64,000 nt of DNA from Azolla caroliniana (GCA_043228905.1 JBHGNT010000007.1:13330001-13394000), one strand, 5' to 3'; counted from the stretch's first letter, positions 12,581 through 25,600 are shown. Translations and numbers: made by a program. Notes: generated from the letters alone by a model not told the origin.

Positions 12581-15500
12581 CTCCCCCTCAAGCTCAACTT
12601 GAGGTTCCATCTGCTCTCTGATTCCTTCTGGCTTCACACCTCACTCGCGCTCCTCGACCCTTTTGGTCGGCTTGTCTGCTAACACGACCCTTCTCAGGTT
12701 CCTTGTTGTTGCGGTGTTGGCGTCTCTTCTGCTGCCTTCTCTTCTACTTGGCCCTTGGTTGATTCAGCGTACCCAAATCAAACATCCGAACCGACTCGGC
12801 TTCCTCCGATCGGTTTTCACTCTCGTCCGAGTTGGCTGTCTCCAACTTGTCCTCGGTCTTCTCGCCCTTGGTTGGCTTCAGCTCTTTCTTTTGACTGCTC
12901 CCTTTATGTCTGCTTCCGAAATCTTCCACGGGTCCGCCATCGAATTCGTCATCCGACTCAGCGTCACGGTCTTTGTCTTCCGGAACTTCTTTCGCTCTTC
13001 CGTGGTCATTCGGGACGTCTCTCCCTCTCAAGTGCGATACATCGAGGTGACGCAACCCAAGCATACTCGAGAATTGCCGCAACTTGTCTAGACCAAGAGG
13101 CTTGGTGAAGATGTTGGCGTTCTACCGATCCGTCGGAACATACTGAAGTTCGACTTCACTGGAGAGGACACGCTCACGGACGAAGTGGTAGTGCACCTCA
13201 ATGTGCTTAGTTCGCGCGTGGAAGACGGGGTTCTTAGCTAGCTGGATGCAGGTGAGGTTGTTGCAGTAGATTGTCGTGGGATCGGAGACCTCCACCTATA
13301 GATCCTTAAGTAGCTGCTTCAACCATATGGGTTCGCATGTCGCGACAGCTGGTCCTCTATACTCGATTTCGGTGATCGACAACGCAACTATTGGCTGCTT
13401 CTTGCTACTCCACACGATCGCGGCACTCTTGAGAGAGAACGTGAAATCGAACGTGGATCGGCGATCGCCGGTGTTTCCGGCCCAATCAGCATCGGTGTAA
13501 CCGACCAACTGCGCGGCAGTATCGGCTCGATATAGTAGCCCTCGGTCCTTAGTGCCACTGACGTACCAGAGTACACGTTGTGCGCACTGAAGGTGCTCCT
13601 CGATCGGTCGCGCCATGAACTGACTAATCACCCCGACCAGGTAGCTGAGATTTGGTCAGGTGATGGTCAAGTATATAAGGCTTCCGACTATCTGTCGGAA
13701 CCTCGTCGGGTCGCATACCTTTCCAAAATCGGGGTGAAGCTTGACGGTTCTATCTAGAGGAGTCGAGACGAACTTACAGTTGGCCATCCCGAATTTGAAG
13801 AGCATATTTAGCGCGTAATGACGTTGGTTGATCAATATGCCTTCGGGGGTACGGATCACTTCGATCCCGAGGAAGTAATGAAGGTCCCCCAGATCCTTCA
13901 TGTCGAATGATGCCGCGAGCTGGAGCTTCACACGGTCTATCTCACCTAGGTCGGTGCCAATGATGACCAAGTCATCAACATAAAGTAAATTATTAACTGG
14001 TCTGAGTCGACCTTTACGGATGAACAGTGAGGAGTTCGATTTTGACGTCACAAAGCCCATCCGACGCAATCGTTGCGTGATCTTCGCATTCCAAGCACGC
14101 GGGGCTTGCTTTAGTCCGTAAAGGGACTTCTTCAATCGGCACACCGTCGAAGTGTTCGTTCCCGAGTGAAATCCGGGGGGCTGTACCATGTACACATGTT
14201 CCTCAAGCTCACCTTGCAGGAACACATTCCTTACATCCATCTGATGTAAATGCCACCCCTTTGCCGCAGCGACCTCGAGCAAAACACGGACGGTCGTCAT
14301 CTTTGCGACCGGTGGAAACGTCTCATCGTAGTCGATGTCATGTTTCTGCGCGTAGCCTTTTGCTACTAATCGGGTCTTGTATCGGTTGACCGAGCCGTCA
14401 ATGTTGTACTTGACCTTGTACACCCACCTACATCCGATCGGCTTTACACCTTTTGGTGCGTCAACTAGGTCCCATGTCTCGTTTTCCGCTAATGCGTACA
14501 TCTCTTCCCCCATTGTAGCACGCTAGTTCGCGTCTTTCGTCGCTTTTGCATAGCTCTCCGGCTCACGCACTTCCGCTACACAGGTCATGTACGCATAGTG
14601 ATGCGCCATGTACTCGTTGTAACCGAACTGCACAACAGGGTTCTTCTGGCGTGTTGATTGGCGTAATTGCTCATTAGCCGATGTTGAGGCTTTCATGGCC
14701 GACGCGGACTACGCTCTCAAAGACCCGTCATCACTCCCCTCGGAGTTGGACTCGCGTCGATCTGACTCATTCCTATCCATGCCGTAATCCGACACTTTCT
14801 TCCCTTTTTCTTTGCGCGTAAACCGTCTCCTTGGCTTCCTACACGGGGAATGCACGGCCGAGTCTCCACTACTCGCCGGCTATTCATCGGACTGGTCGAA
14901 CTGACTCAGTCATACATCCGGTCTGGTTAATCGAAACGAAATCGAACTCTCTTCGCAGGTCCCGATTTTAGGCTCATCCAGAGGCACCTCGGCCTCGCTG
15001 ACCTCATCATCAGAAATCAAATTGAAGGTGAGGTCCGGAGTCGGAGGCAAGTACCAGGACGCAGACTCATCAAACACAACGTCACGACTCACACGCACTT
15101 GTTTGGTGCGAGGGTTATAACACTTATAACCCTTATGCTCGTCCGAGTAGCCGACCAAGATACACTTCTTGGCTTTCGCGTCCAACTTCCTCCGTTTCTC
15201 CTTCGGTACATGCACATATGCAATGCTATTGAAAACTCTCAAGTGTCGTAGATTCGGCTTCCTTCCGAAGTATTGCTCATGTGCCGACACTTTGTCTCCG
15301 ATCCGATTCTAGATGTATATTGTGGTTTGTACTGCCTCGGCCCAATAGAACTTGGGCAAGCTCTTCTCCTCTAGCATTGCCCATGCCGCTTCTACAATTG
15401 ACCGGTTCTTCCTCTCGGCCACGCCGTTTTGCTCCGGCGGTATCTACAACTAAATTCGTGCCGAATTCCCATCTGTTGCAGATAGCCATTGAATTGACCG

Positions 15501-17400
15501 GAAAAGTATTCTTTTCCGCCATCCGACTGCAAGCACTTGATCTTCCGTCCTGTTTCCGTTTCCATGAACCCTTTGAGGTCCCGGAAACAGTCGAAGACTT
15601 CACTCTTCTTCTCGATGAGATAGATCCACGTGTGCCGCGTATAGTCGTCGATGAAGGAGACGAAATATCGACTCCCGCCAATACTAACGTTCTGTGCCGG
15701 CGCCCATACATCAGAATGTATCAAGTCGAGCTTGTTCCGGCTCCGGTTATGCTCGTTAGGGAAAGGAAGTCGGTGTTGCTTCCCGAGTTGGCAGGCTTCA
15801 CAAATTTGTGCCTTCCGGCCACTAAATTTGGGCAATCCAAACACCACCTATTTCGATTGCAAGTCCTGAAGCCGTTGATAGTTGACGTGGCCTATCCGCT
15901 TGTGCCATAAGTCGATATCTGACTCGAATTTTTTTCCTTTCGCGAACATTGCGGTGCCACCATCACTAGAGTCGAGGATAAACATCCTCCTGTCTCTACG
16001 CCCTTGCGCAATAACTCGGCCTTCTTCCTTGAGGAAGCACCCAAGATGCGTGAACCAGACTTGCATCCCCTGGTCGACAATCTGCCCGACCGACACCAGA
16101 TTCTTCGTGATTGTCGAGACGTGTAACACGTTCATAAGTTTCCCTTTCTGCCCGACATGGCTCAAGGGAACTTCACCGACATTCGCGATCGGATGCAGAG
16201 TGTCGTCTCCGGTTGCGACTACTCCCAGTTGCATCGGTTTTTCCAGGTACGAGAACCACTCCTTGTGGCATGTCATGTGGTTTGACGCGCTAGAGTCGAC
16301 GTACCACACCTCATCCGACTTCAGGGTGATTTTCTTCATCGAGTTTGCTTCGTGTCTCATCCCGAAGGCAAACCCTTTTCCGGCTTTTCTGGACCTTGCG
16401 ACATAGTGCGATCGCTGCCGATTTCCTTTGTCGGTTTGTCCGGAGCCTGATCCGGATCCGGTCCTCTCTAAATCGGCACGCTTCTTCCAGCACTTGCTAT
16501 CCTTGTGGCCTTTCTTGCCATAATACCAACATTCCACAACGAATTTCCCTTACTGGTTCTCGTCGCCTCGACTCCCCCTGTTCCCAAAGGGTCTGGAATT
16601 GCTGTCGGCATCACTTCGGTGCCTTTGTCCTTGATCCCGTCGACTGCTTCCATTGCGCACCGACTCGCCTCATCCGCCACGACCATGGGGCCTTTTTCCC
16701 TCCGTGTACAACATCTTGTTGTAGGCATGCGTGCTCGTCGACGCACCCTCGTGGTTCTCCTCTATAAGGAGCATCGACTATAGGTCGAAAAACGACGGCG
16801 TATTCTCCCGTGTACACACAGCAGTTCGGAATGCTCTGAACTTCGATGCCAGTCCCCCGAGACAGATCTACACCATCTCTCCTTCCTCGACGTTCACATC
16901 GATGGAGGCTAAAGAGTCACATATATCTTTGATCTTTGAGGTGTAATTAGCCACCGACAAATCGCGTTGTCGTAGGTTGCTCAGCTCTTGTTGGAGTTGA
17001 AGCTTCCTGGTTGTAGTGCTTGTGGTGAAAATCTTCTTCAGATTTCCCCAAGCATCTTTCAGCGTTTTTACATCCCGAATGTAGCTTAGGAGTTGTTCAC
17101 CCACACAAGACACGAAGCAGTACAGTACTCTGCTCGCCGACTGTTCCCACACCGGGAAATCTTTGTATGTCGATTTGGGTGTTGTGTCATTTGCTCCGTT
17201 GACATAGCTCCAGTAACCGTGCCTGAGCAGGTACTGGTGCATCTTGTAGGACCAAGATGCATAGTTGTTTCTGTCGAGCTTCTCTGTCGGAAGCGAGCTA
17301 GCCATGCCTCTATCCATCGGTTTTACTTGTTTTTCTTGGTTAGTTTCCCTTTCAAGCTATGTCGGCTGCAAAGGTTCTCAACCCTCGCGCTCTGGTACCA

Positions 17401-17835
17401 TGTGAAGAATAGCGTGCGGAAGCAATAGGAAATCGAACGCAGAAAATACGCAGGTTTAATGGAGAGCTTGTATATGCACAGTACGCGGGAGAGATAGAGA
17501 GAGAGAACACAAAAAGAAACTCGATTAAAAAATAATACTCAATCTGTACATAGGATGTGCTCAGTGAGCACTTTTATACAAGTCCATACGGACTGACAGA
17601 AGTACTGACACGTACTTCAATGCTCATAACTGAGCTCTACGCTAACTCCTAAAATATATTCCTACGCGGAATATCTTTCCAACGGCCTCGCGGTTTACGC
17701 ACCGCTATAGCTTCTCGTTACGCACTGGTTTGCGTACTGGTTTACGCACCGGTCTGGCCTAACCGATTGGCCCCAACCGATCCGGTTCTCGGCTTGCATA
17801 GCCAATCCGGCCAATGTTGAGCTTGTATCTCAACA
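17401..17835 (-). repeat. 5' LTR of copia C
   Basis: Direct repeat of 12146-12580; adjacent PBS TGGTACCAGAGC. Confidence 0.95.
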
Positions 17836-17840
17836 CTCCC

Positions 17841-18104
17841 CTCTGTACATACAACGTGCTCAACAACACTATTTATACAAGTCCTAAGAGGATTGACAGA
17901 AGTATAGTGTACTTCAATGCTTACACGAGTGTTTGACACTAACTACGAGACATTAACTACCTAGTAGTCTAGGCTGCTAGGCTGCTACTAGGTTTCCGGT
18001 TACTACTTGATCTAGCTAACCGGCTCCCCAGCTCACTTGCTCACCGACTCACTTGCTCATCGGCTCATCCTTCCGGATGCCGATCTGGCTTAGACTTGCA
18101 CACA
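17841..18104 (-). repeat. Remainder of a B/E-family LTR
   Basis: Matches 28097-28290 (CTCTGTACATACAACGTGCTCAACAACACTATTTATACAAGTCC...). Confidence 0.8.
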
Positions 18105-18109
18105 CTCGA

Positions 18110-18275
18110 TCGTGGAAACGGGAGATGACACCACACACACCATTCAGCATATTGACAATGTCCCTCTCGACAAGGGCAACGTCAAATACATTAAGAATGT
18201 CTTGCACGTTCCCATGATAACAAAGAATTTGGTATCAGTCGGCCAAATCGTAGAGCAAGGCATGCAAGTCCGCTT
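18110..18275 (+). pseudogene. Copia protease-region fragment
   Basis: ETGDDTTHTIQHI...NVLHVPMITKNLVSVGQIVEQGMQVRF, homologous to copia A pol. Confidence 0.85.
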
Positions 18276-18859
18276 TGTGAAGTTCGCGTGTGGAAGTGTT
18301 AGACAAACCGGCTCAGCCGAATAGCAACAGAAAATGAGAAAAGGTTTAATGGAGAACTTAACACAGAGAATATGCGTAGGAGAGACAGAGAGAGAGAGGG
18401 CAGAACATAAACTTAATTCAAAATAATGACAATACTTTGTGTACATAGAATGTGCTCAGAGAGCACTTTTATACAAGTCCATAAAGGACTGACAGAAGTA
18501 CTGATAGGTACTTCAATATTCCTTCGTGCGACCGACACTAACTACGAGACAATGATTACTTAGTAGTCTAGGCTACTACTAGGCTTCCAATTCGCACTCG
18601 AATCTGGCTCTTTGATCCGTCTCCCCGATACGGCCGGTTGTATCCGGATACCGATCCGGCTCTGGCTTATTCAGTTGATCCGGATCCAGTTGAGCTTGCT
18701 CGCTCAACACTCCCCCTCAAGCTCAACTTGAGGTTGGATCGTGGTGTCAGTGTCTACAGTAGGTGGTCCTTTCCTCTAGCTCCTTCTGACGCCCTCCTGC
18801 CTTGCTCACGCTCCTCGTCCGATCTGGTTCCGCTTCCCGCGACCCGTCCAGTACTACGC
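18276..18859 (-). mobile_element. Copia 3' LTR (18276-18709) with PPT and short 3' internal remnant
   Basis: TG..CA termini; PPT (GAGGGGGAG sense) at 18710-18720; similar to the C and E LTRs and to 28334-28450. Confidence 0.85.
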
Positions 18860-21800
18860 TGTCACGTTGTTATGCGCGTGCGTATAGAACGAGGCGGGAC
18901 CATGGGGGTCTTGGACCGAGGAATAACCGATCAGGAGTAGGAGCAAGAAAGACAATGGTCGTGCTTCCACACACACACACACACAGATACACAGAAACCG
19001 CAATTGATTGAAACAAGACGAATGTGTGTATGTATATAAATATATATAAGATGAAAAGGGGTTACAACCGGCGGAGCCGGTGGGCAACAAGCTCTGACGC
19101 CCACTCGCACACAGAAGAGTGACATGGAAACTCTGCCGGAAACAATCGGGCAGAGTCAGGCTCCCGAAAACCTGCAAACAACAGATACAGAGAAAGACGG
19201 AGGAGAAGAGCTCGGTCCCAGTCCGACAACACTTCATCCTCGACAAAACGCAATCCCTTTTACGATTCCTTTCCCTCTCTTTTATAGCCCAAGGAGGGAG
19301 GCCATTACAACTTGTTACATCATCTTTATTCTCTGTCCTTTTGGACAGAGATATGCCTCGATTTCCTACCTATCAAATCTGTGCGACCTAGGATATTCAC
19401 ATCAGCTGACTTGTACCTAAATATGTACATTACAACAAAATTTGTGCCCACGTATAAGGGCCGGTTCGCGCACATCATTCTCTGATTCCGCCTAGGGACG
19501 GTTTTCTCCACGACATTTGCCCCCACCTAACCGCACATCCATCGGTATGCGCCAAAATAGACTCTTGCCGAAGAAGACTAGCCCGCGCCTACCCTTCGTC
19601 CTCCAGATCGCCATTCGCTCTGAACCGGTCGTCTTCGCTATCCAAGTCGTCCGGGTCTGGTTTGTCCTTGTGCCGCTTTTTGAATGCTTTGATCCTTTTC
19701 CCGGCCACCGGTACTGCCATCCTCGTCCTGTCAAACTCCACGAGATGGTAGGTTCCGTTGTCGTTGGCGCTTGTTACCACATAAGGCCCGAACCACCTCC
19801 TTGCGAACTTTCGCATCACCTTGTGTTGGTTGTCGAGGCTGATGTCATATACTAGAACCCAGTTGCCTTCCTCGATTTTCTTTGGCCTTAGTTGGTGAGT
19901 CCGGTTGAATTGTCCCTTGTTCTTTACCCTCGCGACCCGCAACTTTTCCGCATCTCGTTCCACATCCTCCGATCTTCGCTCGAGCTGTCAGATCCGCGCC
20001 GCTAACAGCTCCTCCCGGCTCATCTCGTCTCTCCAGTCCACCATGGCCCACGAGGAGATCGTTCGCTCCACTGGCATGACCGGCTTCTGCCCGTACATCA
20101 GCTCCGCTGGCATGAACCCGGTTACCGAACTGTGCGTAGTTTGGTCGGCCCACAACGCATAGGGTAAGAGCCGCGGCCAGTTTTCGACTTGGCCTCCACA
20201 TGCTCACACTAACGCTTTGACGATCGGCCTGTGTCCGCGTTCCACCCTCCCGTTTGCCTCCGGATTGTACGCCGTGGTGAGTGAGAGTTTAACCCCTAGC
20301 CAGTCAAACAACTCAGCTCCTCAACCTGTTGTGCGTCCAATTCTCTACGTTTGGCTACGATCTTTCCTACGCACCCGTATCAACATACCACTTCTTCGAT
20401 CAGAAATCGGCACACGGTTGCGGTCGTTTTATTCGGCAACGCTCGGCCTTCCACCTGGTTCGTCAGGTCCTCTCGAGCCAGCACCAGATATCGCATCTGC
20501 CCTACCCCCATCGGCATTGTCACCAGATCCACCATCCACTTGAAGTGGACGATCGGGTGGAGCTCGTCCCGATGTCAGACTATGGAGTGCATCTGACAGC
20601 TTTCGCAAGTCGTCATGAACCAATGCATGTCCCGGTATAGTCCCGACCAACAATACTTCCCCTTCAGCTTCTCGAATGTGGCCCACATCCCGCGGTGTCC
20701 AGCTCAGGGACTTTCGTGGTACACCGCCAGCAATTCCTCCTGTTCCTCTTTCGTCGCCACCATCCGGAGCGGAACACCGTTTCTCTTCTTCGGGTGTTTC
20801 CAGATGCACCCATCCCGTAGGAAGAATTGGTACGCTTTTTTCCAAATCCGGTTGGTCTCTTCCTTCGTCCACGCCACATCCGATGTCATTGTCTTTAGGA
20901 ACCCGCCGATCTGGAGCCACTCCCCACCATACTTGCTCTTGTCGAACTGGTTAAGTGCCGAGGTGCTCCTCTTCCTTGTTCTTATGTAAGCCGACTCGAA
21001 GAAGTCCACGCCGACTTCTTCGTCCTCCGAAACCATGTCATCCTCATCATCCAATCTCGGCGTCGAAAGCATGTCGGCCACAACGTTGTCTTTTCCAGAA
21101 ATGTGTCGTATTTCCGGATTCAATGACTTAATGTACGCTATCCACCTAAACATTGCCAGGTCCTGCGTCGCGCATCCGGAAATCATACTGAGAATCGGCA
21201 GGCAGTTCGTCTCAATTATTACCTCCGTCTCGATCAGGTAGTCTCTGTCGGCCTTGACCGCCGAAATGATACCCCAAAGTTCGCGTTTAACCTGGGAGTA
21301 CCCTCGCTGTCGTTCACTGAGAACTTTCGCACCGAACCGAACGGGGAAGCTCTTGCCGTTCTCATCCTCCTGGTTGATCACCCATCCAATTCCGGTCGGA
21401 CTCGTGTCTACGGTCACGTAAATCGGAATGCCTTTACTGTAGACCGGTTTCCGGAGTGCCGGCGCCGCAGTGAGTGCTTCTTTCATTTTCTGAACCGACT
21501 TCGTATGCTCCTCTCTCCACTCGAATTTATGCCCTTTCTTCAGCAATCCATAGAGCGGCTCCGTGACATGGGCGTAATGCGGGATCCAGATATGGTACAA
21601 CGCGCATGCTCCCAAGAATCTCCGGACTTCCCTGACCGAATTGCAGTCGCGCTTCATTGCGTTGATGGCCTCTACCTTGGCCAGCGACGGTTTCTGACCG
21701 AATGACTGCATAGGTGTCCGACGACCATGATCTCCGATTGCTCGAAAGCTGATTTTTCCCCAGAGAAGGTGAGCCTTGCGCCCTCTAGTCTTTGTAGCAC

Positions 21801-22367
21801 CTTCTCGCAGTTGTTGACGTGGTCCGCCACAAATTTCCGGCGTCCATCCGGTCCGATTGTCTCGTCCTTATCCTCCATCGGGCATCCTTTGATCGGGATG
21901 TCGTCTAAGAATGGCATGGTGATGTCCGGGATACAATCCCTTAGCACTTTGTTCATTGTGTTCACCATGTGGGCTACCGAGTTCGTCCCTCCTTGCGGAA
22001 GGGTACACATCCGTACTAGGCCGAGAGGAGTCCGCATCGTCGTAATGTCCCTGCTCTCCACGGCTAGCTAGAACTGATCGTATCCCGAGTACAGATCACC
22101 GACCGAGTCAATTAACCTTTCGGCAAAGGCCTCCGTGAACTCGTCTATGGTTAGTCTGATTCCTACATTCCGAATGGTCACCTTGTTGACCGGTTGCAGG
22201 TCTTGAATGAAGCGCAACATGCCGTTCTTCTTGGGCACAGTAAACCACCGATTAGAATACGGGGCACTCGACGGTTCGAGGATGCCCATATCCACCTTCT
22301 GTTTCAGCAGCTCCATCAGCTTCGGGATGTGAGCTTTGGGTACTAGAATCGGTTTGAGCTTCCACGG
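18860..22367 (-). mobile_element. Gypsy (PFLDDIPIKG lineage) 3' half: RT, RH, IN, PPT, 3' LTR (18860-19515)
   Basis: RT 21672-22367, RH VTVDTSPTGIGW at 20704-21711, IN C-term WFGPY at 19589-19963; LTR TGTCG..TGACA; PPT AGGTGGGGGCAAA. Confidence 0.9.
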
Positions 22368-22520
22368 TGTCGCGAAAATATGATGAGGATACGTGAACTT
22401 TGAGGCAAGACCTCGGGGCCTCCAACTGGAAGATATCAAATTCGTATGTTTATATTAAACAATTAATGGAAAATGAGAAAGATTGACAAATTTCATTAAC
22501 AAATAGAAAGAAAAATTACA
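22368..22520 (-). repeat. 3'-terminal fragment of a G-family gypsy LTR
   Basis: Reverse complement matches the end of the LTRs at 48915-50132 and 55781-57040 (...ATTTTCGCGACA). Confidence 0.85.
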
Positions 22521-22600
22521 ACGGTAGATGCAGTACCGTGAAGATCACCATTGGTTCTACCATCGTCGGCTCTACTCTTGCCACAAACCCTTGTTGTATT

Positions 22601-25600
22601 TGTGAAGTGACAAGCTCAACATTGGGTGCGTAATACGGTGCGTAACCTAGTGTGTAGACTGGGTGCGTGAAACAATACGCATAACATAGCCGTAGCGGTG
22701 TGTAAACCGCGAGGCCATTAGTATGGTATTCCTCATAAGGAATAATTTTGGGAGTTAGTGTAGTTGGCTCATTTATGAGTAGTCAAGTACTGTCAGTACT
22801 TGTGTTAGCCCAATTGTCAGGGCGTGTATAGAAGGTGCTCATTGAGCACGATGTATGTACAGAGCATCATTATTTTGAAATAGAACTGAGTTGTCTGCTC
22901 TCTCTGTATCTCCATCTTTGTGTTTTCTGTTTTATTTCCGAACTGTGCACTCTGCGTTTATCCATATGCTTCCGCACACGTATTCCTTTACATGGTATCA
23001 GAGCGCGAGGGTTGAAGTCCTCTGCAGCCGACAAGAAAAGCTTGTGACAAAACAAAGTTGAAGTTCTTCGTTTTTTTTCAGAAAGAAAAAGACAGCAATA
23101 TGGACAGAGGTATGGGAAGCTCGCTACCGACTGAAAAGCTCGACAGGAGCAACTACGCATCTTGGTTGTACAAGATGCACCAGTACCTGCTTGGTCACGA
23201 CTATTGCAGTTATGTTGAATGAGCTAATGATGTACACCCGATTTGACTTGGGAACAAGCAGCAAGCAGAGTTCTCTACTACCTTGCATCTTGTGTGAGTG
23301 ACCAACTATTGAGCTATATTTGGGATGCCAAGACACCAAAGGACACGTGGGAGAATCTCAAAAAGATTTTCGCCGCAAGCACAACGGCCAGGAAGCTGCA
23401 ACTCAGGGAGGAGCTCAGCAATGTCCGACAGAAAGATCTGTCTGTGCCTGATTACACGGCCCGAATCAAGGAAATCTGTGATTCTCTCGCCTCCGTCAGC
23501 ATGAACATTGAGGAAGATGAAATGGTGTAAGTTTTCCTTGGCGGGCTAGCGTCTAGGTTCGGAGCCTTCCGAACGGCGGTCTGTACGAGGGAGAATACGC
23601 CTTCGTTCTTCGAGCTTCAGTCAATGTTGCTCATGGAAGAAAATCACGCGGGTGCATTGACGAGTACGCACACCGACGACAAGATGTTGTACACGGAGGA
23701 AGACATGCCCCATGGTTGTTGTGGATGAGGCAGATCGGTGTGCAATGGAGGCGACCGACAAGAGCAGAACATGCGGCATAATCGAAATGCCGATAGCAGT
23801 TCCAGACCCTCTACAAGCAGGGGGAGTCATGGCGGCGCCGGAAGCCGGCAAGAGAAGGCCGCATCAGAATGCTGGTATTGTGGCAAGGAAGGCCACAAGG
23901 AGAGTGAGTGTTGGAAAAAGAGAGCCGATTCAGACAAAGCCGGATTGAGTGGAAGAGACACAGGAAGGCATCAAAAGTCGCACTACGTTCAGGGCCCCGA
24001 ACGAGCCGGAAGTGGATCGGGCCCTGCATTTGTAATGAAGCATAAGGCCAATTCAATGGCCATGAACACCTAGAAATTGAGCGAGGTGTGGTATGTTGAA
24101 TCCGGAGTGTCAAATTATATGACGAGTCACAAGGAATGGTTCTCGTACTTGGAGAAACCGGAATTGCAAGGAGTGGTTGAAACCGGAGACGACACTCCGC
24201 ATACCATCGAACATGTCAGTGAAGTTCCCCTCAACCACGTCGGGTAGAAAGGGAAGCTCATGAACGTGTTGCACGTCCCGAAAATAACCAAGAACCTTGT
24301 GTTGGTCGGATAGATCGTCGACCAAGGTATGCAAGTTCGATTCACGCATCTCGACTGCTTCATAGAAGAGGAAGGCAAAGTAATCGCGCAAGGGTGCCGT
24401 GAAGGGAGGATGTTCATCCTCGACACTAATCAAGCCGGAACCGCATTGTACGTGAAAGGACAAAAGGTCGAATCGGATATCGACCTGTGGCACAAGCGAT
24501 TTGGCCACGTAAATTTCCCACGGCTTCGTGAGTTGCAGACGAAGAACATTGTTTTCGGCTTGCTAAAATTTTGGGGCCATAATGGCCAAGTCTACGAAGC
24601 CTGTCAAATGGGAAAACAACACCGACTTCCATTCCCCAATGAGTGTAATCGTAGTCGAAGTCTGCTGGATTTGATCCATTCGGATGTGTGGGGACCGGTA
24701 CAGAACGTGAGTCTCGGTGGAAGCCGTTACTTTGTAACCTTCATCGACGACTTCACTCGGCACACGTGGGTATGCACAATCGCGAAGAAGAGCGATGTCT
24801 TCACATGCGAGATGTCTTCACATGTTTCCTGAAGGTCAAGAGCCTTGCGGAAAGGGAAACAGGGCGTAAGATCAAATGCCTACGGTTCGATGGCGGGAAG
24901 GAGTACTTCTCTGACTAGTTCACAAGTTATCTACGGAAGGAGGGAATTCGACGCGAATTCTCGTGTAGATACACGCCGCAACAGAATGACGTGGCCGAGC
25001 GGAAGAATCAGACAATCGAGGAAGCGGCCAAGGCAATGCTTGAAGAGAAGCATATGCCGAAATTCTATTGGGTTGAAGCCATGAGGATGGCTGTCTACCT
25101 ACAGGATCAGACTTCTGCTAATGGAGGAGTGTCGCCACATGAATTGTATTTCAGGAAGAAGCCGAACTTGGCACACTTGAGGATTTTCGGTGGCATTGCA
25201 TATGTGCATGTGCCGAAGGAAAAGACGAGGAAGTTGGATGCCAAAGTCCAAAAGTGCATCTTAGTCGGCTATCCATACGACCAGAAGGGGTATAAATGTT
25301 ATAACCCCTGAATAAAGGAGGTAAGCGCAAGTCGAGATGTCGTGTTCGACGAATCCGCTTTGTGGTACCTGCCTTCACCTCCAATACCTCACGACTCCAT
25401 TCCGAATTCTAAGGAAGAGGTCAGCGAGGCCGAAATGCCTCCGCACGATGAAGAAATCGGAGCTCTGAGAGAGAGTCCGATCTCATTTCGGCTAAGTGGG
25501 CTAAATGAGGGGTTGGGCTGAAATGGCCAACCTATTGAAGAGACGGTGAGTAGTGGAGACTCGGCCATGATGTCCCTGCATAAAGAACCAAGGAGACGGT

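Larger units (their letters stand above)
12146..17835 (-). mobile_element. Full-length copia element C with two 435-bp LTRs, inserted in the 5' LTR of B
   Basis: LTRs 12146-12580 and 17401-17835; PBS 17389-17400; PPT 12581-12592; gag 16868-17317, PR 15848-16537, IN 14910-15847, RT 13656-14513 (YVDDL), RH 13296-13631. Confidence 0.96.

Noticed and set aside
10017-16783. Many overlapping antisense and alternate-frame ORFs
   Set aside because: They shadow the gag-pol frames of copia elements and have no independent motifs
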